DNA from: an uncultured Planctomycetaceae bacterium
GTDB taxonomy: Bacteria; Planctomycetota; Planctomycetia; Pirellulales; PALSA-1355
Reading direction: 5' to 3'
Length of the DNA stretch: 64,000 bases
NCBI GenBank assembly: GCA_963787355.1
Contig: CAWBCP010000008.1
Location: 16,065 to 80,064, forward strand
This document shows positions 22,505 through 33,925 of this stretch, one piece after another. The notes beneath the pieces were generated by a model, which was given only the letters and a program-made list of their open reading frames with translations, was not told where the DNA came from and did no database searches. Numbering within the stretch: the stretch's first letter is position 1; each line of letters opens with the position of its first letter. A program made the position numbers and the translations under genes.

Positions 22505-23655
22505 GCTGGTTGGTTGTCGCCGCAGCGGTGCCGAGCCTGGTGGTCTCGTGGTGCGTGGCGCTCGTGATGCGGCGGCTGGCGCCGCGCTGGGGGTTGGTCG
22601 ATCGGCCGGGGGCCCACAAGGTCCATGCCAAGGCGACCCCCTACGGCGGCGGCGTGGCGATTTGGGCCGGCGTGGTGGTGCCCTTGGCCGCGGCCCAGGC
22701 CGCGCTGGGGGTCTGGTCGCATCGGCAGAGCGCGCAGGGCGACGGGCGGCTCGACCTGTCGTGGCTGGGATCGTGGGGCGAGCGGCTGGCCGATTTCGTC
22801 GAGCCGCACCTGGGCGGGCTGGAGCAGCGGGCGGCGGATCTGTGGTTGTTTCTGGCCGCCGGCACCGTGTTGATGTTGTTGGGCCTGGCTGACGACGCGC
22901 GCAAACTCGACTGGCGTTTTCGGCTGGGCATCGAGACGCTGGTCGCGGCGGCAGTCGTCTACGGCCGCGGCTGGACGTTGACCTTGTTCGTCGATTGGCC
23001 GGCCCTGACGCAGGTGCTCAGCGTGTTGTGGATCGTGGGGCTGGTGAATTCGTTCAACATGCTCGACAACATGGACGCGCTGTCCGGCGGCGTGGCGGCC
23101 ATCGCCGCGGCCATGCTGGGCGTGGTCATGCTGCAGACGCCCGAGGGGGCCGGCGGCGAGCCGCAATTGTTCGTAGCCGGCTTCTTGTTCGTGCTGGTCG
23201 GCGCGCTGGTGGGCTTTTTGTTGCACAATCGCCCGCCGGCGCGGATCTTCATGGGGGACGCCGGGGCGTACTTCGTCGGCTTCGCGCTGGGGGTGATGAC
23301 GATCCTGGCCACGTTCTCGGGCGAAGGAGTGCCGCGGCACGCGATCCTGGCGCCTTTGTGCGTGTTGGCTGTGCCGCTATATGATACGATCAGCGTCGTC
23401 TGCATTCGCCTGGCCGCGGGCCGTAGTCCCTTCGAAGGCGACACGAACCATTTTTCCCATCGCCTGGTGGCATTGGGTTTGACGAAAACCCAGGCCGTGT
23501 TGACGATCTACCTGACGACCGCGGCCTGCGGGCTCGGCGCACTGTTATTGCACCAGGTGAACCAGGGCGGCGCGGTCGTCGTGGTGTTGTTGATCGCCTG
23601 CCTGCTGTCGGTGATCGCGATTTTGGAAACGACGACGCGGCGGCGGCGGCCGTGA
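22501..23655 (+). CDS. Glycosyltransferase family 4 (MraY/WecA-type polyprenyl-phosphate sugar-1-phosphate transferase)
   Basis: Intact and multi-TM. VDRPGAHKVH and NSFNMLDNMDALSGG are motifs typical of the family. Confidence 0.8.
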   Translation: MSWLVVAAAVPSLVVSWCVALVMRRLAPRWGLVDRPGAHKVHAKATPYGGGVAIWAGVVVPLAAAQAALGVWSHRQSAQGDGRLDLSWLGSWGERLADFVEPHLGGLEQRAADLWLFLAAGTVLMLLGLADDARKLDWRFRLGIETLVAAAVVYGRGWTLTLFVDWPALTQVLSVLWIVGLVNSFNMLDNMDALSGGVAAIAAAMLGVVMLQTPEGAGGEPQLFVAGFLFVLVGALVGFLLHNRPPARIFMGDAGAYFVGFALGVMTILATFSGEGVPRHAILAPLCVLAVPLYDTISVVCIRLAAGRSPFEGDTNHFSHRLVALGLTKTQAVLTIYLTTAACGLGALLLHQVNQGGAVVVVLLIACLLSVIAILETTTRRRRP

Positions 23656-23780
23656 GTATTGCAACGAGTCGTCTGTAGCCGGGGTCGTTGACACCGGGCG
23701 ATCTCGTTGCGACTTTCGGCCTCGCAGAGGCCAGCTACGGCGATCGCCGAATCAGAACCAACGATTAACGTCCACGAAGG

Positions 23781-23809
23781 CACTGCTGGACAAGCCAGCA
23801 GTGGCACCC
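23781..23809. repeat. REP-like hairpin module, canonical perfect copy
   Basis: CACTGCTGG-ACAAG-CCAGCAGTG-GCACCC. Confidence 0.75.
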
Positions 23810-23838
23810 GATTTCGCGAGCAAACAATAGTACCCGCT

Positions 23839-26144
23839 TTGAAATCGAGTTCCAAAACTTCACGAAAGGCTCGAGTTGACGAGCCTGCGCCGGCGGCGGC
23901 CGCGCGGCCGGGCGAGTTCTTGCGCTCGTGGCTGTTGGCGGCGCTGGTGGCGCTGGCCGTGGCGCGGCCGCTGTTGCCCAGCGAAGGGGTTTCGTGGCTG
24001 GGCGACGGCCAGCCCTTCGTCATGCTGTGGCTGGTGTTGGCCGCGGGCTGTTGCGTGCTGGCGCTGACCGAAGGCGGCCTGGCCCGGCCGTTAGGCTGGA
24101 TCGACGGGGGCGTGGCGGCCCTGGTGCTCTTCGCGGCCGCCAGCGCCTGGCTCGGCTCGCGAAACAAGGCCGACGAGATCGAGCTGCACCTGGTCAGCAC
24201 CGGCAGCCCCCGGCTGGCGATCAACATGTTGTTCGAATGGCTGGCGCTGGGGCTAGTGTTCTTCCTCACTCGGCAACTGGTGCGCACGCGGCGCGAGGCG
24301 CGGTGCTCGTGGCGGTGATGATCGCGCTGGCAGCGGCGCTGGCCGTGTACGGTTACTACCAGGTGTTTGTCGGACTGCCAGCGGCGCGGGCCGAGTACGC
24401 GGCGAATCCGGACGAGGCTTTGAAGGACGTCGGCCAGTGGGCCCCGGCGGGCTCGGCCGAACGGCTGCGCTTCGAGCGGCGGCTGGCCAGCGACGAGCCG
24501 ATGGCCACGTTCGCGCTCACGAATTCGCTGGCCGCGCTGCTGGCGCCGTGGCTGCTGGTGGCGATGGGGATCGCCTGGGGCCAGATGGCGGCCTTGCGCC
24601 GCGGCGGCGCACCAGGCGTGGTTGCGGCGCGGCTGCGCGCCGCGCTGCTGGTCGCGACGATCGCCGTCATCGCCGGCTGCTTCGTGCTCACCAAGAGCCG
24701 GGCGGGCTACGCAGCATTGGCAGCGGGGGTCGTGGCGTTGCCCTTCGTGATGGGCGTGGGCCGGCGCTGGTTGAATTGGAAGCTCGCGGTGGCCGCGGTG
24801 CTTGCGCTGGTCGTCGCGCTGGGCGCGGCTGCGGCCCTGGGTGGGTTCAACGGCGAGCTGCTCGGCATGGCGGGGAAATCGTTCGCTTATCGCTGGGAGT
24901 ATTGGCAGAGCACGATGGCGATGATCGGCCGCTATCCGTGGCTCGGCGTGGGGCCCGGCAACTTCCAGGACTACTACACGCAGTTCAAACTGCCCGAGGC
25001 GAGCGAGGAGGTGCGCGACCCGCACAATTTTCTGCTGGAAATATGGGCCACGTGCGGCACGTTTGCCTTCGTAGCGCTGGTGGAAGTGTTGGCGCTATTC
25101 GGTTGGCGGACGTGGTTGGGGCCGGCGGCCCCGCTGGACGGCGCGCCCGATGCCAAGGGCTCGAAACCGTCCGACGCCGCGGCACCGGCCCATGCGAATC
25201 GCCAGGCGGAGTTCATGCTCACCGGCGCGGCGCTGGGCGTGGGCCTGGCGTTCGTGATCGGCCCGTCGGTCGGGCTGCCATTCTCCGGCGAGCTGGCCGT
25301 CGTGGTGCTGGCGGCGGGCGGCGCGGTGGTGGCGGTGTTGTGGCCGTGGATCGTCGGAGGCGGGCTGGCGCCGCGGCTGCCGGCACTGGCGCTGGCGGTG
25401 TTGGCGATCGATTTGCTGGCCACCGGCGGCATCGCGATTCCGGGCGTGGCCTGCACGTTCTGGATGTTGATGGCGCTGGGCGTGAACGAGCTGGCGGGGG
25501 AACAAACGGCGCCGGCCCCTTCGGCCAACGCCTGGCGGCAGCGGCTCGTGCCGGCGATCGGGCTGGCGGCGGCTTGCCTGGCGGCGGCCGCCTGTTACCG
25601 CTATGCCTTCGGGCCGATCATGCAGGCGCGGGCCGCGATGTTGCGGGCCGACGCGGCGGGGGCGAGTTTCGAGGCGCACCGCAGAGCCTATCTCGAGGCC
25701 GCGCGTGCCGATCCGCTGTCGGCCGATGCCTGGACGGCGCTGGCCGAGCTCGAGCTGGGCGCGCTGCGCAGCGACCGGCTGCCGGGGACGGCACTTTCGG
25801 AGTTCGTCACGGCCGCGGAAAAGGTCACCGAGCTACGGCCCCACTCGGCCGCCACCTGGGGGCAGGTCGGGCGGTGGTACATCGAGCTGTACGAGCGCAA
25901 TCACAATCAGCAGACCGCCAGCGCCGCGGTGGAGAATTTCAAGAACGCCGTCGAGCTGTATCCCAATTCGGCGACAATGCGGGGCGAATATTCCTTGGCG
26001 CTGGCTGCCGCCGGCGAGTCGGCCGCCGCGCGCCGGCAGGCGAAACGCGCGGTGGAGCTCGATGGCGCCACGCCGCACGTCGACAAAAGAATTCCCGGCA
26101 AAATTCGCGCCGCCGTCGAAGCGCTGGCCGCCGAGGCCGGCTAG
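23839..26144 (+). CDS. O-antigen ligase (Wzy_C)-like polytopic membrane protein with a C-terminal TPR domain (one frame break near 24300; start uncertain)
   Basis: The N-terminal TM segments in frame 23707-24318 continue in ORF 23928-26144. FVLTKSRAGY motif, and C-terminal TPR-like repeats (ADAWTALAELEL..., AVELYPNSATMRGEYSLALAAAG). Confidence 0.6.
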
Positions 26145-26292
26145 GGCGATGGACCGATGCGCCCCGCCAGGCGGCGCGCGTTGACCGTCTCGCGCGGGGC
26201 GACTTAGAATTGATCGAGAGGGCCGGCGCGAGCGTGAGGCCCATTGAACGTGGCGGTTTCTTGGAAGTTGTTTCCGGAAGGTAGCGCGCGTC

Positions 26293-26367
26293 GGGTGCCG
26301 CTGCTAGCTTGTCTAGCGGTGCTGATCGCGGTGATTTGCCCTGCTGGACGAGCCAGCAGGGGCACCC
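26293..26367. repeat. Two REP-like hairpin modules in opposite orientations
   Basis: GGGTGCCGCTGCTAGCTTGTCTAGCGGTGC and CCTGCTGGACGAGCCAGCAGGGGCACCC. Confidence 0.7.
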
Positions 26368-26412
26368 AGATTCGGGTAAACACCTTTCTAGCGCAGTCGA
26401 GGCGAGGCGGAG

Positions 26413-27570
26413 ATGAAGGCATCCCACGTGGCGATCGCGGGTATTTTGGCGGGCGTGGCCCTGGGCGGCGGCATGAGCTTCGCGCGTTTCAGCCACTCGC
26501 CGCCGCTGCGGCTGGAAAGCACGGTGGCCCATCAGGTCGGCAACCAGCCGGCGGTGAAGGTCGATCACGCCGACTGGGACTTCGGCGTCGTCGAACGCGA
26601 CACCGAGCTGCGCCACGCTTTCCCCGTCACCAACGTCGGCGGCAGCACGCTGACGCTCGCCGACGCGGGCACGACCTGTACCAAGTGCACGATCGCCAGG
26701 CTCGACAAATCCGAGGTTGCGCCCGGCGAAACGGTCAACGTGACGATCGTCTATCGCACGACCTACCTGCAGCCCAATTTTCAGCAGACCGCGTTTCTGC
26801 GCACCAACGATCCCCAACGGCCGCGCATCGAGCTGCGAATTTCGGGTATCGTGACCAGCCGCTACCAGGTCGTGCCCGATGGTTTCCAACTGAACAAGGT
26901 TTCGGGCAGCGAGCCGCATTCAGCCAGCATCATCGTCTACTCCTATATTGCGAAGAAGATCGACGTGGTGGGCTACGAGTTCACCGGAGCGGACAGCGCG
27001 TCGCTGTTCGAAGTGACCAGCCATCCCGTCGCGCGCGAAGATCTGGCCGAGCCGCGCTCGAAGGCGGGGTGCAAGGTGGTTTTGACGACGAAACCGGGCT
27101 TGCCCTTGGGCCCGATTCGTCAGACAATTCGCCTCACCCTGGCCATGGAGGGTAGCGACGATCGACCGGTTGTCGACGTTCCGGTGCAGGGCATGGTCGA
27201 CAGCGACATTTCCGTGGTCGGCGCCAACTGGAATGCCGATCACGCCCGACTGTCGCTGGGCATCGTCAAGGCCTCCGAGGGCGCGGCGCACACGTTGATG
27301 CTGCTGGTGCGAGGAAAGCACCGTGAGGACGTCAGCTTCCGCGTCGCGAAGGTTGAGCCGGACTGGTTGCAGGTCAAGCTCGGCGATCGCTCGGATCTCA
27401 ACAGCGGCGCGGTGTCGCAGACGCCGCTTGTGATCGAGGTACCCAAGAACGCACCGCTGGGCTCCCATCGTGGCAACGATCAAGGCAAGTATGCCGAAAT
27501 CCTGCTCGACACGACGCACCCCGACGTCAAGCAGGTCCGCTTGTACATTCGGTTCAGCGTCGTGCCGTGA
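26413..27570 (+). CDS. DUF1573-domain protein with an N-terminal membrane anchor
   Basis: Intact 385-aa ORF. WDFGVVERDTELRHAFPVTNVGGSTLTL...TTCTKCT matches the DUF1573 pattern. Confidence 0.65.
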   Translation: MKASHVAIAGILAGVALGGGMSFARFSHSPPLRLESTVAHQVGNQPAVKVDHADWDFGVVERDTELRHAFPVTNVGGSTLTLADAGTTCTKCTIARLDKSEVAPGETVNVTIVYRTTYLQPNFQQTAFLRTNDPQRPRIELRISGIVTSRYQVVPDGFQLNKVSGSEPHSASIIVYSYIAKKIDVVGYEFTGADSASLFEVTSHPVAREDLAEPRSKAGCKVVLTTKPGLPLGPIRQTIRLTLAMEGSDDRPVVDVPVQGMVDSDISVVGANWNADHARLSLGIVKASEGAAHTLMLLVRGKHREDVSFRVAKVEPDWLQVKLGDRSDLNSGAVSQTPLVIEVPKNAPLGSHRGNDQGKYAEILLDTTHPDVKQVRLYIRFSVVP

Positions 27571-27703
27571 GGCCCGCGCGCTGTCGAAGTCGCGCGCCGT
27601 GTTGCCGACGCCGGCGCAACGCTCGGATGCGGCAGTCTTTTCAAATCACCGGCTGGGAACGGATCTGCACCATGAATGATCGATCGACACGCTGCGCGCG
27701 GCC

Positions 27704-29301
27704 ATGGCGGCGCTCTTGGGCATCGCCCTGTGCGGCTGGACCGCCGGTTGCGGCAACCAGGCGGCCAGCGATCCGCTCGAGGCATCGACGACCGCCGCGC
27801 GCCCCCCGAGCGGCAGGCCGTTGCCCGCGGCGAAGTCGAACAAGCCGGCTACACGGCCGGCGGCACCGAGAAAAAGAAATACGACCCGGTCGAGGAAAAC
27901 GGTAAGTTCTTCGAAGGCTGGCCGAAGCCCAAGCTGGCGCTGGTGATCAGCGGACGCCAGGAAGGCTACCTGGAACCCTGCGGCTGCGCGGGCCTGGAGC
28001 GGCAGAAGGGCGGGCTGAGCCGCCGCTACACGTTCATCGAAGAGCTGCGCCAGCGCGGCTGGCCCGTGGCCGCGGTGGACGTCGGCTCGCTGGTGCGCCG
28101 CTTCGGACACCAGGCCGAAATCCAGTATTCGATCGTCGCCGAGGCGCTGCGCAAGATGGGCTACGGCGCGGTCGGGTTCGGACCGGCCGACTTGCGGCTG
28201 TCGGCCGGCGAAGTCGTGGCCGCCGTGGCCGGAGCCAAGCCCGAGGACAGCATCTTCCTGTCGGCCAACGTCAGCCTGTTCGGCCTGACGCCCAAGGTGC
28301 GCTTCATCGAAGCGGGCGGCATGAAGCTGGGCGTCACCGCCGTGCTGGGCAAAGAGTACCAGGCACAGGTCAACAACCCGGAGGTCGAGATCGCGCCGGC
28401 CGCCGAAGCGCTCGAGGCCGTCGTCGGCGAGTTGAAGGATTGCGACGTGCGGATCCTGCTGGCCAACGCCACGACGGAAGAGGCTACCGAGCTGGCCAGG
28501 CAGTTTCCGATGTTCGACCTGGTCGTCGAGGCGGGCCGCATCGACGTGCCCCGCGAAAAGCCGGTGAAGATCGAGGGCACCAAGGCCGAGCTCGTCGAGA
28601 TGGGCGAAAAAGGGATGTACGTGATCGTGGTCGGCTTCTACGACGACCCGAAGCAGCCGATGCGCTTCGAGCGGGTGGCGCTCGATTCGCGCTTTGCCGA
28701 AGCGCCGGAAATGAAACAGCTCATGACGGCCTACCAGGATCAGTTGAAACAGCTCGGCTGGGAGGGACTGGGCCTTAAGCCGGTGCCGCACCCGCGCTCG
28801 AAAAAGGGGGACGAGCTGGCCGGGGCGTTCGCCTCGGCCGCCAGTTGCAAGGAGTGCCATCCCACGGCCTGGAACGTGTGGAGCAAGAGCAAGCACGTGC
28901 AGGCCACCGAAGCGCTCACGAAACTCGACCCGCCGCGGCAGTACGACCCGGAGTGCATCAGTTGCCACGCCACCGGCTGGAACCCGAGCGAGTTCTTTCC
29001 CTATGTCGGCGGTTTCGACAGCCTGGAAAAGACGCCCGAGCTGGCCGGCAACAGTTGCGAGAACTGTCACGGACCATCGGCCGCGCACGTAGCCGCCGAA
29101 ACGGCGGCCCGCAAGAACCAGGCGAAGATCGACGCCGAGCGCCAGGCGTTGAAGCTGACGGTGGCCATGGCCCGGGACAACGTGTGTGCCAAGTGCCACG
29201 ACCACGACAACAGCCCCGACTTCAGCGGCAAGGACGCCCAGGGCCGCGACAACTTCGACACGCACTACTGGCCGAAGGTCGAGCACAAGGGCAAGCGGTA
29301 G
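27704..29301 (+). CDS. Lipoprotein tetrahaem c-type cytochrome with a large N-terminal domain (one frame break at the C-run 27799-27806)
   Basis: Lipobox MAALLGIALCGWTAGC in frame 2 joins ORF 27676-29301. Four CxxCH motifs (CKECH, CISCH, CENCH, CAKCH). GYLEPCGCAGLERQKGG motif in the N-terminal domain. Confidence 0.7.
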
Positions 29302-29334
29302 CGGGGGCCGCGTGAGCATCGCATCCCCCGTGTG

Positions 29335-29399
29335 CTACTGGCTTCGCCAGTGGGTTCAAGGCCTGCTCAAGTGCTGCACTGGCAGAGCCAGTGGCACAC
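29335..29399. repeat. Two REP-like hairpin modules between convergent genes
   Basis: CTACTGGCTTCGCCAGTGG and CACTGGCAGAGCCAGTGGCACAC. The latter 23-mer is identical to 52560-52582. Confidence 0.7.
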
Positions 29400-29434
29400 G
29401 AGATCGGGGGCCCACCGTTTGCCGCGCCAGGCGT

Positions 29435-29904
29435 CTATCGCCCGGCGCGGATTTCGAAGATGGCTTCGACTTCGGTGGTGATGCCGCCGGGCAGCGAACC
29501 CATGCCCACCGCGCTGCGGGCGCCGACGCCGTGGTTTTCGCCCCACACGTCGCGAAACAGCTCGCTGCAGCCGTTGATCACCTGCGGGTGCTCCTTGAAA
29601 TCGGGCGCGGCATTGACCATGCCCAGCACCTTGACGACCTGCACGACGTTGTCGAGGCTGCCCAGCGCTTCGCGGAGCGAGGTCAGGATGGCCAGGCCGG
29701 TTTGCCTCGCGGCTCGGCGGCCGCCTTCCAGGTCGACCTCGGCGCCGACGCGGCCGGTGAGCATCGTCCCATTGGGCAGCAGCGGTCCGTGCCCCGAAAC
29801 GTAGGCCATGTTGCCCGAGATCACCACCGGCTTGTAGACGCCGGCCGGCTTCGGCGCGGGGGCAGTTCGAGCTTCAGTTCGGCCAATCGCGATTCGGCGC
29901 TCAT
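29435..29904 (-). CDS. ridA: RidA/YjgF-family reactive-intermediate deaminase (one frame break near 29860, at a G-run)
   Basis: MSAESRLAELKLELP continues as APKPAGVYKPVVISGNMAYVSGHGP...GARSAVGMGSLPGGITTEVEAIFEI. Confidence 0.8.
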
Positions 29905-30097
29905 GGGGTGGTCCTTCTGCTGGTGAGTCGAGTGATCGATTGCCTGGACGGTCGTGGAGTGACATCTTAGCACACCAGCGCGGCCAGGTAAGCCGGTGGC
30001 GATTTCGGCGATGACCAGGGTGGCCCAGGACAACGCGTTGTCCGGGTTCCGCAGGGACAAGAGCGCATCCCAAGGGGACGCGCGGTGCCAACCACAC

Positions 30098-30697
30098 CTA
30101 CGCGCCGGCGCCGATGCCGTGCTGCTTTTCGTAGGCGGCGATTTCGCTTTCGTGGGCCAGCGTGAGGCCGATGTCGTCGAGGCCGTTGAGCAGACAATGG
30201 CGGCGGAACGGCTCGACGTCGAAGGGGATGGCCAGGCCCGCGTCGTCGGTGAGCTGGCACGTTTCCAGATCGACCGTCAGGCGGTAGCCGGGTTTGGCCG
30301 CGCGGCGGAACAGGTCGTCGACCTGCTGTTCGTCGAGGCGGATCGGCAGCATGCCGTTCTTGAAACAGTTGTTGTAGAAGATGTCGGCGAAGCTGGGCGC
30401 GATGATCGCGCGGAAGCCGTAATCGCCCAGGGCCCAGGGGGCGTGCTCGCGGCTCGACCCGCAGCCGAAGTTGCGCCGCGCGACCAGGATGCTGGCGCCG
30501 GCCACCGCGGGCTGGTTGAGCTCGAAATTCGGGTTGGGCGAGCCGTCGTCGCTGAACCGCCAGTCGAAGAACAGGAACTGGCCGAAGCCGGTCCGCTCGA
30601 TCCGCTTGAGGAACTGCTTGGGAATGATCTGGTCGGTGTCGACGTTGGCCCGGTCCATCGTGGCGACCAGGCCCGTGTGCTTGGTGAAAGGTTGCAT
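30098..30697 (-). CDS. leuD: 3-isopropylmalate dehydratase small subunit
   Basis: Intact 199-aa [34 protein letters not shown] and [13 protein letters not shown]. Confidence 0.9.
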   Translation of the reverse strand: MQPFTKHTGLVATMDRANVDTDQIIPKQFLKRIERTGFGQFLFFDWRFSDDGSPNPNFELNQPAVAGASILVARRNFGCGSSREHAPWALGDYGFRAIIAPSFADIFYNNCFKNGMLPIRLDEQQVDDLFRRAAKPGYRLTVDLETCQLTDDAGLAIPFDVEPFRRHCLLNGLDDIGLTLAHESEIAAYEKQHGIGAGA

Positions 30698-30771
30698 GGT
30701 GGAATGGCGTGTTGGGGATCGATTCTGTCAGTCTCGTCGGCGAGCCCCTCGCGTGAGGCAGGCTCGGGCGG

Positions 30772-32189
<1,418 letters not shown>

Positions 32190-32476
32190 GGGTGGACTGA
32201 TGAAACTTTGAAGGAGGAAGCGGGATTCAGGCAGGCTGACAGCGGGCCAAGGGCGACATTGCCAGGCGCGGTCCGAACGTGTGGCCGCGCTCCTAGAGTA
32301 TTCTATGATACTGTCCTGGAGCCGCGGTCGAAAAGTGTCGCCTTTTTGCCGGATTAGACCGAGAACCGCCCTCGCAGGTTCGCGACCCAATCGATTTGTT
32401 CCATTCGCCTGGGCAGACCGAACGAGCGACAATTGAGCATCTGCGGTCTATACGGCACACGGAGTGCAGGCACCGC

Positions 32477-33139
32477 ATGTTTCACGAGCACGGATTCGTT
32501 GTGACCGCGCCTCTCCTGGGCGGCCGAGAATGCGACGGGATCGTGCGGGAGCTCGCCGGCATAAAACTTGACGGTGCCGGCACGCGAAACTTACTGACGT
32601 CGGCTTGGTGCGTCCACCTAGTCGAGTTGATTCGCTCGCATCCGGACGTCGTTCCATTTCTGCCGGCCTCGGCGGTGGCTGTCCAATGCACACTGTTCGA
32701 AAAGTCGGCGGAGCGAAATTGGCTCGTCTCACTGCATCAGGATCTGAGCATTCCGGTTGCCGAAAGGATCGAACACGCCGCAATCATCAACTGGTCCGTG
32801 AAAGAGGGCGTGCTGTTCGCTCAGCCGCCGGCATCGGTGCTCGAACGGTTGGTGGCCGTACGACTCCACCTTGACAATTGTGGAACGGATGACGGCCCCT
32901 TGCGCGTAGTCCCCGGTTCACACCGATTTGGTCGATTGGACGACGAAGCGGCCAAGACGAAGCGGCAAGAATCTGGCGAAATGACTTGCCTGGTTCCGCG
33001 CGGGGCGGGTCTTCTGATGCGTCCGCTCCTGCTGCACGCGTCCTCGAAGGCTGGCGCCGGCAGCCGACGACGCGTGCTGCACTTTTTGTTCGGCCCGGTG
33101 AGGCTTCCCCTTGGGCTGCGCTGGCCGCTGGCGGTCTAG
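32477..33139 (+). CDS. Phytanoyl-CoA dioxygenase (PhyH)-family Fe(II)/2-oxoglutarate oxygenase (putative)
   Basis: Intact ORF. WLVSLHQDLS...LRVVPGSHRF...RPLLLHASS is the PhyH-like H-x-D...H pattern. Start chosen at the second ATG. Confidence 0.55.
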   Translation: MFHEHGFVVTAPLLGGRECDGIVRELAGIKLDGAGTRNLLTSAWCVHLVELIRSHPDVVPFLPASAVAVQCTLFEKSAERNWLVSLHQDLSIPVAERIEHAAIINWSVKEGVLFAQPPASVLERLVAVRLHLDNCGTDDGPLRVVPGSHRFGRLDDEAAKTKRQESGEMTCLVPRGAGLLMRPLLLHASSKAGAGSRRRVLHFLFGPVRLPLGLRWPLAV

Positions 33140-33190
33140 CGCATCGACGCGTGCGGAGCCTTCTCTGCGAGCACTGCTGCGGCGCACCGC

Positions 33191-33925
33191 CTACTTCGGT
33201 TCTTTCGCGTCTTCCTGGCCGGCGGCGACGAAGCGGTAGCCGGTGCCGCGGACACTCAAGAAGTGCTTGGGGTGCGCGGGGTCGAGCTCGAAATACTTGC
33301 GCAGGTTGACGATGAAGTTGTCGACCGTGCGCGTGGTGGGCATGTGCGACATGCCCCACACGTGCTCCAGCAGCTCGGCCCGGGTGACGACCAGGCCCTC
33401 GTTTTCGGCAAAGTAACGCACCAGCTTCATCTCGGTGTGGGTGAGCCGCAGCGGCTGGCCGTCGACCGTGACGTCGAAGGTGTCGAAGTTGACCTTGGCC
33501 CGGCCGAATTCCAGCGTCGGCCCGACGGCCTTTGACCCGGACCGCGCGGGCGATTTCGAGCGGCGGGCGATCAGGTTGCGGGTCATGCTCAGCAGCTCTT
33601 CCAGCTCGAACGGCTTTTGCAGGTACTGGTCGGCGCCGACGTCGTAGCCGCGGACGCGGTCTTCGACCAGCGAGCGGGCGCTGAGCATCAACACCGGCAC
33701 GTCGCTCCCTTTTTCGCGCAAGGCCTCGCACACGGCGTAGCCGCTCATGCCGGGCAGCATCAGGTCGAGGATCACGAGGTCGAAGCCTTCGGGGTGGTCT
33801 TCGAACAGCGCGAGCGCGGTCGGGCCATCGCCGGCGGTGGCGACGTCGTAGCCCTCGGCTTCGAGGTTGTACTTGATGCCGAAGGCCAGGTGCTGCTCGT
33901 CCTCGACGACCAGGATGTGTTTCAT
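33191..33925 (-). CDS. OmpR/PhoB-family response regulator
   Basis: Intact. MKHILVVEDE, phospho-acceptor region DLVILDLMLPGMSG, and a winged-helix C-terminus (LTHTEMKLVRYF...GTGYRF). Confidence 0.85.
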   Translation of the reverse strand: MKHILVVEDEQHLAFGIKYNLEAEGYDVATAGDGPTALALFEDHPEGFDLVILDLMLPGMSGYAVCEALREKGSDVPVLMLSARSLVEDRVRGYDVGADQYLQKPFELEELLSMTRNLIARRSKSPARSGSKAVGPTLEFGRAKVNFDTFDVTVDGQPLRLTHTEMKLVRYFAENEGLVVTRAELLEHVWGMSHMPTTRTVDNFIVNLRKYFELDPAHPKHFLSVRGTGYRFVAAGQEDAKEPK

